Shown: positions 21,823 to 34,074 of the stretch, piece after piece
Numbering within the stretch: position 1 is the stretch's first letter
How the letters are laid out: the number at the start of each line of letters is the position of its first letter
DNA from: Euprymna scolopes
Lineage: Eukaryota
Strand: one strand, 5' to 3'
Assembly (NCBI GenBank): GCA_053919585.1
Contig: CM132815.1
Length of the DNA: 64,000 nt
Position numbers and translations under genes: made by a program
Notes under the pieces: model-generated
Database searches by the model: none
Seen by the model: the letters and a program-made list of their open reading frames with translations, nothing else
Told to the model about the DNA's origin: nothing

Positions 21823-22849
21823 TGGGCCCAACTCTTTTCCTGATCTACATTAATGATCTTCCAAATCACATCCTTACATCATTTGTAGACATCTATGCTG
21901 ACGACACTACCATTTATGGTAGCACATCTAAGACAGTAAACGACCAAGTTCTCTCCAATTCTCTCTCCTCTGATCTTGAGCACGTAGTACAATGGGATAA
22001 GGAGTGGCTGGTTACTTTTAATGCATCTAAAACCAAGCTTCTCTCTTTACATCATCAACATTCTGATCCACATATGGCATCAATTGAAATGAATGGCGCT
22101 CGTCTTCAGGAGGCCTCAAGTTTTGACAAGCTTCTTGGCTTGACCATTACTCCTGATCTTAAATGGAACACGTACATCAAATCTGTTGCCAAGGCCGCTG
22201 GAAAAATGGTGGGATCTTTCTATCGATCCGGTAGATATCTCACTGCTGATGCTATTCTCTATCTATATAAGAGCCAGGTACGTCCAAGGATGGAATACTG
22301 TTGCCACATCTGGGCAGGAGCTGCTAGAAAGGACTTGGCCTGCCTTGATAGAGTTCAAAATAGACTTCGTAGCCTCGTAGGAGATGTCCTTTTCTCTTCC
22401 TTGCAACCTCTATATCACAGAAGAGATGTTGCGAGTTTGTCTCTGATGTATCGTTATTTTCATGGAAAGTGTTCGACTGAGCTTCAATCTATGGTGCCCC
22501 CTCGCCAAACTTTCACAAGAAACACTCGTCTAGCTGTAAACACTATCAATAATTCCCTCCACTCTTTATCTGTGTCTAAACATAAACGTAGATTCCATGA
22601 ACAAAGCTTCTTTCTTAGAACTGCACGCCTGTGGAATTGTCTTCCGTTTTCCTGCTTTCCGGCTGACTACAATATTGTTGTCTTTAAGTCTAACATAAAT
22701 AAGTTCTTGATGAGCCGCTCCATATAAGTTATCAAATTTACCAAATTTTCATTACTAATGATTACTATATTGTCCAATTTCTACTGTACACTCTTTAACC
22801 CTTATCCTTGAGTGGCCTCTTTGCCTTGATAATGTGGTGATGCCTATGT

Positions 22850-22852
<3 letters not shown>
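21821..22852 (+). mobile_element. 5'-truncated CR1/L2-group LINE inside a (TA)n tract
   Basis: Starts at LGPTLFLIYINDL, intact YADDTT, ORF 22074-22727, family 3' end, (TA)n on both sides. Confidence 0.92.
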
Positions 22853-22894
<42 letters not shown>

Positions 22895-22897
<3 letters not shown>

Positions 22898-22974
22898 CGT
22901 ATGAGCGTGGCTCAAGGGTTAAGGAATGAGATTTGTATGTTTTGGTTTCGATTCTAGCTAATAGCAGTTAAGTC

Positions 22975-22977
<3 letters not shown>
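22895..22977 (+). mobile_element. Short tRNA-derived SINE-like fragment between (TA)n tracts
   Basis: A-box-like TGGCTCAAGGG and B-box-like GGTTTCGATTC; no full cloverleaf. Confidence 0.5.
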
Positions 22978-23032
<55 letters not shown>

Positions 23033-23112
23033 TTGATCTCACTGCTATATATTAGGTTCAATATAATAATCTATCTATAGAGAAATTTCTCTATAATAAT
23101 AAATACTTAATC

Positions 23113-23822
23113 TGCTGATCTGAAACGGAACACGTACATCAAGTATGTTGCCACAGTCGCTGGGAAAATGGTGAGATCCTTCTACCGATCCAGAAGATAT
23201 GTCACTAACGATGCAATTCTCTATCTATATAAAAACCAAGTACGTCCAAGGATGGAATACTGCTGCCACATTTGGGAAGGAGCTGCTAAAAACAGCCTAT
23301 CCTACCTTGACAGAGTACAAAATAGACTTCGTGATTTAGTGGGTGATGCCCTTTTCTCTTCCCTGCAACCTATCTCCCACAGAAGAGACGTTGCGAGCCT
23401 ATCTTTGTTTTATCGTTATTTCCATGGCAAGTGCTCGTTTGAACTCCAATCTCTGGTCCCCCCTCGCCAATCTTTTACGATAAACACTCGTCGAGCTGAA
23501 ACCACTCTCAATTATTTTCCCCACTCTTCATCTGTGCCTAAATCAAAACGTAGATACCATGAACAAAGCTTCTTTCTTAGAACTGCACGCCTGTGGAACT
23601 CTCTACCGCTTGCTAGTTTCCCTCCTGACTTCAACTTGGATGTCTTCAAGTCCAACATAAACAAATTCCTGATGAACCGCCCCTTAAGTAATGACACTTT
23701 ATCAAATCTCCCATACTAACGAATACTACAACACTACCCAATTGATTACTCTACACACAATAACCCTTATCCCTGAGTGGCTTCTGGGTCTTGATAAGTG
23801 GTGACCCCCATGTAAAAAAAAA
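23113..23822 (+). mobile_element. 5'-truncated CR1/L2-group LINE
   Basis: ORF 23168-23719 is the RT C-terminus; 3' end TAACCCTTATCCCTGAGTGG...CATGTAAAAAAAA. Confidence 0.92.
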
Positions 23823-24438
23823 TTAAAATATCACATTTAAGCGGCGACCTACTAATTCTTTATAAAGTTGAAATCTTTTTTTTTTAATGCAGATGCCTAG
23901 TTGGTATCAGTTTTCTGGCGTTCATTCTCTCTGCGTGGATTAACTGTTATACTGTCACATACACATAGTCTAGGAATCCCGTAACGAAATCAAGTTTGGC
24001 TATAGAACACCTTTCTCATGTAAGAACACTGTTATAAAACTCAAAAGGGATTATGCATCGTAACTTGAACCTGAAGAAATTAAACTAACAGAATATAATC
24101 GCCTTATGAACAAGTAAAGAACAATTGACCGAAAATATGGACATTTAAGTAATAAAACAAAAAGTTGTAACGACGTTATAAAATTAAGCAACGAACCCAA
24201 CATATATTACAATACAAGGGATCTAACTTATTATCAAATTGACAGAACTCCTTTTCACTAACGCTACAATTTGCAACCACTCTGTAATCTGGAAAGGAAA
24301 GCTGATTTTTCTTTTTGAGCCTTATTTCTCAGTGTATTGCTTTGTGCACTTGCAGCCACTATCCTAGTCTCTCAAGTTCTTTTACTGACTAAAAGCAGTT
24401 GATATCCGTTTACTGACGACTATTCTATTTATCTAAAA

Positions 24439-24895
24439 CTAGCGGGGGGGGTCTTTGCCCGGTCGTAAAATACGCTTAAATATGATATTTTAATTTGTCC
24501 AGATTTCGTATATATGATTACAGAGTCGTGATTTCAAAAGTAAAAACAAATATATTTGGGTACCACCAGCTAGAATCGAAACCGAAAGCAAAACTGTAGC
24601 ATTCAAAGCTGGTGACTTTACCACTGTACCAACGTGACACGCACATGAACTGGTAAAAATAAACTAACATGAATGTACAAAATATATAACGATTTTTTTT
24701 TCAATTTGGACCCATTTTTGACCCCTTACAAACTTTTTTTACCTGTTAAAGACCCATAAAAGAACGGCCCATAAAAATCCAATCATTTGAGGTCCCTACC
24801 GCTGCTCTGTGACTTTTAGTTTCGGAAGAGATAGAGTTTGAAAATATTGAGACAGACAGACAGACGGACATGCATAGTGAGTTTTATAAATTAGA
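24439..24895 (-). mobile_element. Non-autonomous Helitron with (CTGT)n and an internal tRNA-like segment
   Basis: Minus-strand 5' TCTAATTTATAAAA after A, then (CTGT)n; 3' GC-rich subterminal segment and CTAG followed by T; related to 43697-44199. Confidence 0.72.
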
Positions 24896-26824
24896 TAAAT
24901 GTTGTATTAGCACACATTCATCGTATGGGAATTCTGTATGATCCATTAATTTCCCTAGTGTCTTTACCTTCTGAGACTTTAATTAGCTTCATGTACTCAC
25001 TGTCACTTTCCTAGTCTCTTGAATTCTAAAATCCATGCAGTTGATATCAGTTTGTTTATGTCTATTCTTTCAACATAAGGTAAGCGTCATAGTGCCACAG
25101 ATACATCGTAGAGTAATCGTGTATGATCCAACCCTTTTCCCTAGCTACCTGTTAGTCTAGCCAATCTTTTGATTATATTGGCGTAAACATCTGTTGATTC
25201 TACTATCTATCTGAATCGGTTTCGTTTTTAATCTGCTTCAAAAGACCCTCCGTTACTCATTTCTATCTGTTCCTCATCTAACTGATCTTCATTACTAGTC
25301 TCAAGGTAGAGAACGAGCACATCTCTGTGTAGAAAAAAAAACTGGAATGAAACTAGCATTCGAAAACTATAATCTTATTTAGTTGCAATATACGAATTTC
25401 CTATGTAATACGTTATCATCAGATTATAGTTTTAGAATTAACGGCTAATAATTATAACGTATGGAATGATAAATGTAATTATAACAGTAATAAGAACTAA
25501 ATCATGTATGGATTTAAATTTACCAGGCAACAACTTCCTGCTTTGAAAATAGTTTGCACTTGCAACTACCTACTCTGAGGGCATGCAAGTTGCATCGTTC
25601 ATGCAACTACAAATTGAATCGAAAGATCCGTTCAAAGGTAAGTGTTCGATCTTTGTGTATTTTGTATCTTCAAGGGTTTTTCATCTTTGCGGATTTCTTC
25701 ACACAGATGAATTCTAGCATAAACAGTCATTCTACAAATTCTTGCATAAGTGGTAGATGAGTGCCAAATGCCTCGGCCCAAGTTCAAAGAATATTTTTAA
25801 AATGGAATACATTTTCTTTATAAAGTTGAACAATTAAATTTAAAGAAATTAACATAAACAACATTACACAAATATTTTCTTTAAAAAGAGTGATCGTTTT
25901 TTTAATAATCCGTAAATAAATTAGACTTAAATAATATTCCACATGTGTTTAAAACAAATTATTTTTTGCTTAAAAACATAATTTCTCATGTTTCTTGCAA
26001 ATATAAACAATATGTAAATACTTATGTTTGGACGATTATTTGAAATTGGAATCTGAAAAAATTGTGCCTATTTTCCGATACTGAAAACGATTCTTTTAAT
26101 TGTTTGTTTATGTTTAAAACTTTTTTTTCATTGCTATTTCTAATGATAACATAATTGATTTCAAACTACCAGCAAAACTAAAATATCTACTCGTTTGTTT
26201 TCTTTTACGTTTTACGGCAAAAGTTTTGGAATCGTCTCATCACTAGTAAATACATTAATCGTAGTTACTTACTCTCTCAGATAATAAGTAACACTTTTTT
26301 CTATGAAATTCCAGAAATATTATTCTTTGAATGGAAACTGACACTGCTAAAGGAGCGGGTATAAACTAGTATAATATCAAAATTTGAAAGCATTCCATGA
26401 AAATTTACTAAGGCAATAACGTGAAGCAAAAGTCTCAAGCATAAAATCTAAAGGGATTTTTAGATTTAAATACTTTGAATGCTAGATTTATTGGGGTACT
26501 TAAAATAATTAACTGGATTTCTAAATATGAAAATTAATTAATATTTCCTCACACTAGATAAGATAGTATAAAATGCAAAGATCCACTGGTTACAGTATGG
26601 GCTACGTAATGAGTTTTTATGATGAATATAACTGATGTTACCAACAAACATTGTGACTTTAAATTTTTCTGAGACCTCGACTTTAACCTTTACCCTTGAT
26701 AGCCTAAAATAGATAGTTGATTCTAACTAGCCAGCCCTAAACATGTACTCAGTGCATGTTGTGAGGACAAGATTAGGCATGACTGAAAAAAGTAAATTAG
26801 CAATAGTATTGTATCTGATAGATT

Positions 26825-27640
26825 TGTATAACGTGGCCGTTACAATTTACTTTAGTAATTTATTAAAACAAAACTTTACTTTAGTAATTCATAAAAATAA
26901 AAGTTTACTTTAGTAATTCATAAAAATAAAACTTTACTTGAGTAATTCATAAAAATAAAACTTTACTTCAGTAATTCATAAAAATAAAACTTTAATAATT
27001 TATAAAAATAAAACTTTACTTTAGTAATTTATAAAAATAAAACTTTAATAATTTATAAAAATAAAACTTTACTTTAGTAATTCATAAAAATAAAACTTTA
27101 ATAATTCATAAAATAAAACTTTACTTTAGTAATTCATAAAAATAAAACTTTACTTTAGTAATTCATAAAAATAAAACTTTACTTTAGTAATTCATAAAAA
27201 TAAAACTTTAATAATTTATAAAAATAAAACTTTACTTTAGTAATTCATAAAAATAAAACTTTACTTTAGTAATTCATAAAAATAAAATTGGAAAGAAAGA
27301 AATTAAAATCTGGGTTGGCATTTTTTCTTTTTGTAACAAAACTAAAAAAACGTCTCTCACTGCCACATGTTCAATTTACATGGTGCGTTTCTCTCTTCTG
27401 ACCGCATGCTGGGCACAACTGGCCCATTCTCGTCTTCGACTTTATATATCTATTTTCTTTGACGTCAACTTTCTTTCTTACCCGAGCACGTGGTACATTT
27501 TTCTCCTTTTTTTCTTGTGCACACTTCCTAATTTGCATATGCACGGTTTTTCGTTTGCTGCTGCTGCTAACCTATTCGTAAGCCAGCCATCCTCTTCTGC
27601 TGCTTATATTTTCCCACGCGCTCATATGCACTATGTTACA
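26825..27640. mobile_element. Solo LTR containing an expanded minisatellite
   Basis: TGTATAACG...TGTTACA termini; near-TSD GATT/TATT; interrupts a local ~110-bp repeat that resumes in register. Confidence 0.68.
26871..27287. repeat. Minisatellite, 29-bp unit AAACTTTACTTTAGTAATTCATAAAAATA with shorter variants, about 15 copies
   Basis: Near-perfect tandem copies. Confidence 0.93.
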
Positions 27641-28204
27641 TATTGATAGTTGATTCTAACTAGCCAGCTTTAAGCATGTGCTCAGAGAAAGTTGTGAAGA
27701 AAAGATTGAAAAGGTCTGACAAATCTTAAATGGCAACAGCATTGCATCTGAAAAGTTGATAGTTGATTCTGACTAGTCAACTTTTAACAAATGCTAGGTG
27801 TCATATTTAGTGTTTTATATATTATTGCACTGAAATGTGCTCTGATGTACTCATAGTACATACTTCCAACTAACCTGACAAGTGGCAAAATCATACCCCT
27901 TCACTGTTTAAATACCTCAATGCCAAAAAGCTTTCTACTCTAATAGTTTATTCCTTTGAACTGATAGACGTTTTTTGCTTCTGATTGTACTAACCTTCTA
28001 AAGTTTAAATCTTGCTGCCCAACTCCCCACAATCCCCTGTTAGACACAATCTTAAATAGTGGCTCCTTAGGTTCCAATCGGCAATATGCCTTGTTTGGCA
28101 TGAAATAGACTTTAAAAAAATGCATACAAATAATTGACGTGATGTGAGATATTATTTAAGAGAAATCACACAAGAAATTGTAGTGCCAGTTTAAAACAAA
28201 GTAC

Positions 28205-28385
28205 CTTTTTTACAAGAACGTCACTACTTATCAAGGCCTGAAGGCCACTCAAGGATAAGAATTAATAAATGTAAAGTGGTTAGTGAGATAACAGCATAGT
28301 GATCAGTAGTAGTGGAAATTGGATGGAATTAGATTATTTAAGGAGACGACTCAGCAATAATTTGCTAACATTTGACTTGAAGCCA
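28205..28385 (-). mobile_element. CR1/L2-group LINE 3' end fragment
   Basis: TTTTTTACA...CTTATCAAGGCC..GGCCACTCAAGGATAAG is the reverse complement of the family 3' end. Confidence 0.7.
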
Positions 28386-28739
28386 CATTCTCATCTGTAG
28401 TGTTATTTTTTAACTTGTTTTAAAGTGGAGTTGAAATTTTATTAGAAAGGACAATTCTTCTGTTATGGCTCCGACTTTAGACATCCAATTGACACTACAG
28501 TGAGGTTAAATTTTATTTGGATGAAGAATTATTCTGTTGAGTGAGACCAGATAATTGGCACTACTATCAATCTCAGAGTCGAGCAGCAACTTTGGACCAG
28601 TACATTGAGCACATCTGTGACTGTTTGACCAAAGTCTCTCCTGCAAGACGTATTAAAATCAGCAACTTGTTGGAGTTGTGTCCCTTGGATCACGTGAAGA
28701 GTTGCTCCCCTTTTCCGTGTATGGGTTTGTGATGACATG

Positions 28740-28960
28740 TACTTTTTAGGTGATCTGTATATAAACGAGTAAAGTTGACCGCTTTTTCTTCTCTTTGTCT
28801 CAGAATGTAAATAAAAGCAAACATTATCTCCGTTTCTGTGTGTAAAACAAAAAACATGTTTATGCGTTAATTTATTTCTTTTGTTGGCGTCAGTGTGACT
28901 TCCATTGTGAATCCTATTTAAAAAAAAAACAAGGTATGTTTTTATTTGATTCTTTAATAA
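28740..28960. repeat. Dispersed repeat with a second copy at about 30830-31020
   Basis: Shared TCAGAAT.TAAATAAA.GCA...GAATCCTATTTAAAA...CAAGGTATGTTTT. Confidence 0.6.
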
Positions 28961-29431
28961 TTAATTAATTAGCCATCAATACGCACCTGATGCAAGACAC
29001 ACACACACACACACACACACACACGATTTTACATCTGGTAACCAGTGAACCAGGACCAACTCTGCAGATGCCCCCCTCGGAAAAACAAACGACAAAATGA
29101 TGAGTCGAAAACAATTCAGTTTAGTGATTACGCTTATTAACCTACTCAAAACACTGCACAGAATTTCAAACGGCACCCGTTATTTAATCCATCGCTGATA
29201 GAACGATAGCATGCTACCTCCGTGGATTAAATAAAGGTTTGGTTAAAAATTCCGAGTTCAACAAATATACCTTAAACAATTACATTGGCTAAAACGTTGT
29301 ACAAACACCATTCAAGTATTCTTGGGGTGATGGACCATCGATAGATTTACTTTTTGTGTTATTAATTTTGTATAATTTTTTACAAGACTGATTATTTAGA
29401 CTTGGCCAAAATTTCCAATAGGAAAACTTAC

Positions 29432-29618
29432 CCGACTGCAAGACTGGCGTGTTTACAGTTGACACCTCCTAGCAGCTCAAAATCAGTGAAGTTAAGTTGT
29501 ATCCGGTTACCCACACGTGCAATAATTGACCATATGCACTGAACATTCCTCGGATAATTCTCAGGGAAGTTTGGAGATGTGACAACTCCACTCGTAGAGT
29601 GCAGGATACCACCACAAG
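29432..29618 (-). CDS. CUB gene exon 6: N-half of CUB (ACGGILHSTSGVVTSPNFPENYPRNVQCIWSIIARVGNRIQLNFTDFELLGGVNCKHASLAV)
   Basis: TAG acceptor (duplicated 27 nt upstream), GTAAGT donor; 187 nt, phase 1 to 2. Confidence 0.94.
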
Positions 29619-29759
29619 CTATATAAAACAATATAAAACCACAAGCTATATAAAACAAAGCAGAGTAAGTGATTTTTTAAAAGTTGTTACGTTTATTAAG
29701 CTGAACCATTATTTGGTGATAAGAGTTACTAGTCTGGGATTTAGGGTTAGGAATGGTTT

Positions 29760-30365
29760 GAGGATTAAGAGTTAGAAAATGTTTGATATTAGATTTGAAG
29801 GACATGTTGCAAATCTCAGGGAAGCAATCTTCTGTTAACGTGTTCCATAAAAAGGAAGTTCTTGGAAACTATGAATCATTTAGATTGTTCACATGGCAGT
29901 TGCCATTTTCACATCATTTCGATTGTTGTACTCTCCGGCCTTCTGTGAGTTTCAAGGTGCAAGTAATTTTCTCGCGTGGTAGAGGGAACCCACCTTCTTT
30001 GTAGCCGCCTTGCCAATATCTTTAAAATATTTACTCCAATTCATGTTGTCTGTGAATGTTAGATCGAGGAGTTTTAAAGATAGGCTCTGAGGTAGTGTTA
30101 TTCGTCTCGGTGGTTGAAAAGAGTTTTTTTTTTGTAGTTGTTAATGGAAAGAAGCCTATTTTTAGTAGAATTAAATGTTACCATCCACGTACATCTCCAT
30201 TTCACTACCGACTAAAGGTCGTTTGCTAGGATTAAGAATAAGAAAGTGATTGACATTAGACTTGAAGAGAACCATGTTGTAGCCCCTAGAGAAGCAATCT
30301 TGTAGCAATGTGTTCTATTGGTAGAAAGCGCTTGAAAACTATAAATTATTTAGATTGTTCATATA
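29760..30365 (-). mobile_element. Two old LINE 3'-end fragments (about 29760-29950 and 30230-30365)
   Basis: Both contain GGATTAAGA...TTAGA(T/C)TTGAAG...GAAGCAATCTT...TTTAGATTGTTCAC, resembling the FP..YN...FKSNVN LINE terminus on the minus strand. Confidence 0.55.
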
Positions 30366-31189
30366 TTTGACAACTTCACTTGAAGGCTACCACCATAAAC
30401 TAAAAAATAAGTTTTTGTAAATTAATTGATTACAAAAAAAATGTTTACTGAGTCATAAATTATTATGGTTAAAAGCAACTCGAAGCAATTGTGTCAAGAG
30501 TCATTAGTTTTAAAATAGCATTTTAGTTGATCTCTCACGCTTAAGTTTGAAACAAAATGCTGGTTGATCCGTCTTTTATAAAGCATTGTTTTATTTCACA
30601 TCTCATGTATTAAACATATATTCCAAACATGCTGTTAAAATTATCAATGCAAATATAGATTTTAGCAGGGATCTTGGTGTTGGAATTTTACAATGTTGTT
30701 AACTGAAATCATGATTTAATGTGAAAGTTGCAAAAGTTGTCTCCCTTTTGACAGCTTCAGATTCATGCTTATTTTCAGTGATAAAAGGATTTTGAGTAAC
30801 TTAGAGTTACTTCCCTTTGTTTTCTCGTTATTATATGAAGTTGTGACTACGTGTATTTTCCTTCTCTTCACTTCAGAATCTAAATAAAGCAGATGCATCT
30901 CTTTGTATCTGTGTGTTGAACGAAAACATGCTTACGTGTTTTTTTTTTGTTGACGTCGGTTACCTTCTACAGTTTGAATCCTATTTAAAACAAGCAAGGT
31001 ATGTTTTATTTAATTCTTAACTTTCATAATTCACCTTCATGTGCATCATTAAAACGAAAGGTTAAGACTTAAAGTAGGGTAAACACTTTTATTTATAGCT
31101 GGCAATAATGAAAGACTAGCAATGTACATTATACAAAGCAATATCAGATATGCAGTTCTTACTGTATCTTATAGGAACGTTGCTTACTA

Positions 31190-33884
31190 GATGGGGATGG
31201 GTTGATTCGAAGGTGTTAGTAAAATGTACATGCTTATATTTACTTGCCTCAATATCAAAGCTGTTCATATGTTAAAGACATGAGCACTCATTCATTTATT
31301 CTAGCTTTAATTATATTTACTAATATACATGGAATCCCATCTCATATTTACAGTGACAACGCCAGATCCTTTATAGCTGATTGCAATCTTATAGAGGAAG
31401 TTTTTTCCTCCTCTGAATTCAATGAAAATTTCCAAGTGTATAACATTAAGCATGTCAGAATACCTCTATATGCTGCATGGGTTGGGAGTACATGGGAACG
31501 CATGATCAGGACTGTTAAATCATGTTTGTATAAAACAATTCGGCATTTCCAAATTAGATATTTTGATCTCCTGACTGTAATTCCAGGTGTTCAAAGTGCT
31601 ATAAACCAAAGACATCTCACTTACAGATGTTCTTCGGATTCAGAACTCGAAGTAATAACTCTTACTTTTTTTTTACACAGTGATCACCACTTATCAAGGT
31701 CCGGAAGCCACTCAGGGATAAGGGTTATTGCAAGTACATTACCTTAGTGTGGAGCTTTGATGAAGTGTTTACTTAAGGGAGCGGTTCATTAGGAATTTGT
31801 TAACATTGGACTTGAAGACATCCAAGTTGTAGTCCGGAGGGAAGCAGGAAGACGGAACAGAGTTCCACAGGCGTGCAGTTCTAAGAAAGAAGCTTTGTTC
31901 ATGGAGTCCGCGTTTTTGATTTAGGCACAGATATAGAGTGGGGGAAATTTTTCACAGTGGATTCAGCTAGACGGGTGTTTAGCTGAATCCACTGTGAAAA
32001 ATTTCCCCCACTCTATATCTGTGCCTAAATCAAAACGCGGACTCCATGTGTTTTCTTCATCCTAACGCTAATTTGGGATTTGTACTGAAATTGGATGATC
32101 AGGATGTTTGGAAATCCGACCCCCCCCCCCTTCAAGACTAAATGCGTTAAAATCTATTGAAGCTCGTGATTCTATGTTGACTAGATTCCATGAGCTTTGC
32201 TATCAGGATTATCTGTTGAGCTTTAGAGAACAGTGTAAAGATTTGCACGAGGTCAATTTTCAGAACGGAATCTAAGTTGATGATGTGGTTTTTGTTAAGA
32301 ATCCTGACAAGTCTAGACCATTTTTGCTGCTGGGAAGAGTATTGGAGTTAATTGTTGGTGACGACAGAAAGATTCGTTCCATAAAAGTCAAGAGAGGTGA
32401 TGGGTCTGTTCAAGTCCATTCTATCAAACTGTTATATCCTCTAGAACTATCATTAACTCATGCCCACCATCATAGAACTATACCAGACTTGAAAGGAGTG
32501 TGTAAAAAAAAAAAGATTGATATTGCAAAATCAAAAGTCGATGTGCCAGATACGAAGAGTGCATCTATTCCGATGAAACAACGTCCTAAGATGACTAAAA
32601 AAATTTAAAATAGTAAAAACCATCCCAATAATCCTTATGTATACTATTAAATTCAGTTTTATCTCAAACATAGTCTTCACATACCTTAGCTTATACGTAC
32701 TTATTGTAAAAAAATAAAATAAAATAAATAAAATAACTTTTGAAGATATCCTACTTTATTATTGAAGGGATGAAATTTCTATAGCCCTATTGGTGCACCA
32801 AAATGAAAATTCTTTACATACAAAATAAATCACTATACTCACTTCTTTCAAACTCTTTGTGAATTCTTCCCCTCTTCTATATTCTAGTTTGAACCCCTTA
32901 AAACAAATGTTTTTCCAACTTTCCTGTGAACCTTCATTATTGGCTATGTTTGCCTTAAAAAAACAATTTTTTTCAACTGTCCTGCAAACCTTAATATGGG
33001 CTTCAAAGGGAGGCAAATCAACGTTTCTGCGACTTTTCATTATGGGATAGTTTGCCTCACAATGAGTCTGCTATGAACCTCCAGCTTAAAAGGACCTGTA
33101 ACTGCAGAGAATTATGTTGCAATGATTCATATTGCAATTTTGTTTTGGGGGAGAATATTGAAATTATTACGGACTCACTGGTGTTGTGCCCTGTGATTGG
33201 ATGAAAAACAACCAATCACGGGCTGCCATTCTAGTTTCCTCCCCGACCCCTATTTGCGCAGTCCCTTCAAATTTTCGTCCTCATTTCCATCAATCCGAAA
33301 TACGGAACCCACGAGAAGTTCAAAGCTGCAATAGCAGCACACACCAAGGCCAACTAAGGACACAGGAAAGATTTAATTGATAATCGGACATATCTGTAAG
33401 ATACGTTTCTCGCAAACCCAACTGTTTGCAATACCTTTCTTTTCCTTTCATAAATACAGTTTTTTTATAGCATTTTACTCTGTGTTTGTCTTTCCTTTCT
33501 TTTTGACGTCGTCAGATTACTTTGTTACCTCAAACATTTGGGAAATCCCAATACTATCGCTGTCACTGCCATTGTGTTGTCACTGCCACTGCTTTCGCTC
33601 AGGATTGAACTCAGCACCTTGGAGACGGCCATGTGTCACTAGGACGATCATGTATCAATTTTTGGGACTGTTAAACCTAAGTTGTTATTATAGGTTCTCT
33701 CTTATGATTAGAGGTTCCCAAATTGTGTTCAGTTCTATACTCGGTTTGCTCAGGAGGTTGCTATGTCCTAGCATGCGTGCTGTTTCTTTGAGTGAATGTT
33801 TTGTATTCATTAAACAAATTGTGAATCAACAGGAATACGACGTTTTCTTTCCATATAATAATTATATTACAAACTTCGGTAACA
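31190..33884 (+). mobile_element. BEL/Pao LTR retrotransposon 3' remnant (integrase, C-terminal domain, PPT, putative 3' LTR 33156-33884)
   Basis: MYMLIFTCLNIKAVH, IYSDNARSF, WVGSTWERMIRTVK, LGRVLELIVGDDRKIRSIKVK...LYPLEL; PPT GGGGGAGAA then TATTGAAA...GGTAACA. Confidence 0.85.
31668..32048 (-). mobile_element. Young CR1/L2-group LINE 3' fragment inside the Pao integrase, with an inverted duplication at its 5' junction
   Basis: Poly(T) at about 31666-31675 then family 3' end; Pao frame LEVITL..CFLHPN rejoins across it; hairpin 31900-32048. Confidence 0.88.
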
Positions 33885-34074
33885 TCAAAGGGAGGTAACT
33901 TTCATATTCTTTTCTAGGTTGTCAGATTGACCATTTTGAAGCCAATTTTCGCGAAGTTGATTTGTCTTGAAGTTCGACCCACAAAAATTGTATTTGGCCT
34001 TTTTCAAAGCGTAAAGTACGGACTAACTAAGAAAAGAAACAAACAGAATATCATATTGATTATTACTACACATA

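Noticed and set aside
25350-26490. DNA transposon with short TIRs (CTAGCATTC) and a Cys-rich coding remnant
   Set aside because: TIR match is short and no transposase motif could be recognised
33900-34030. Minus-strand NFCGSN as a CUB C-half exon
   Set aside because: No in-phase acceptor or downstream CUB pattern; the real exon is 38075-38199
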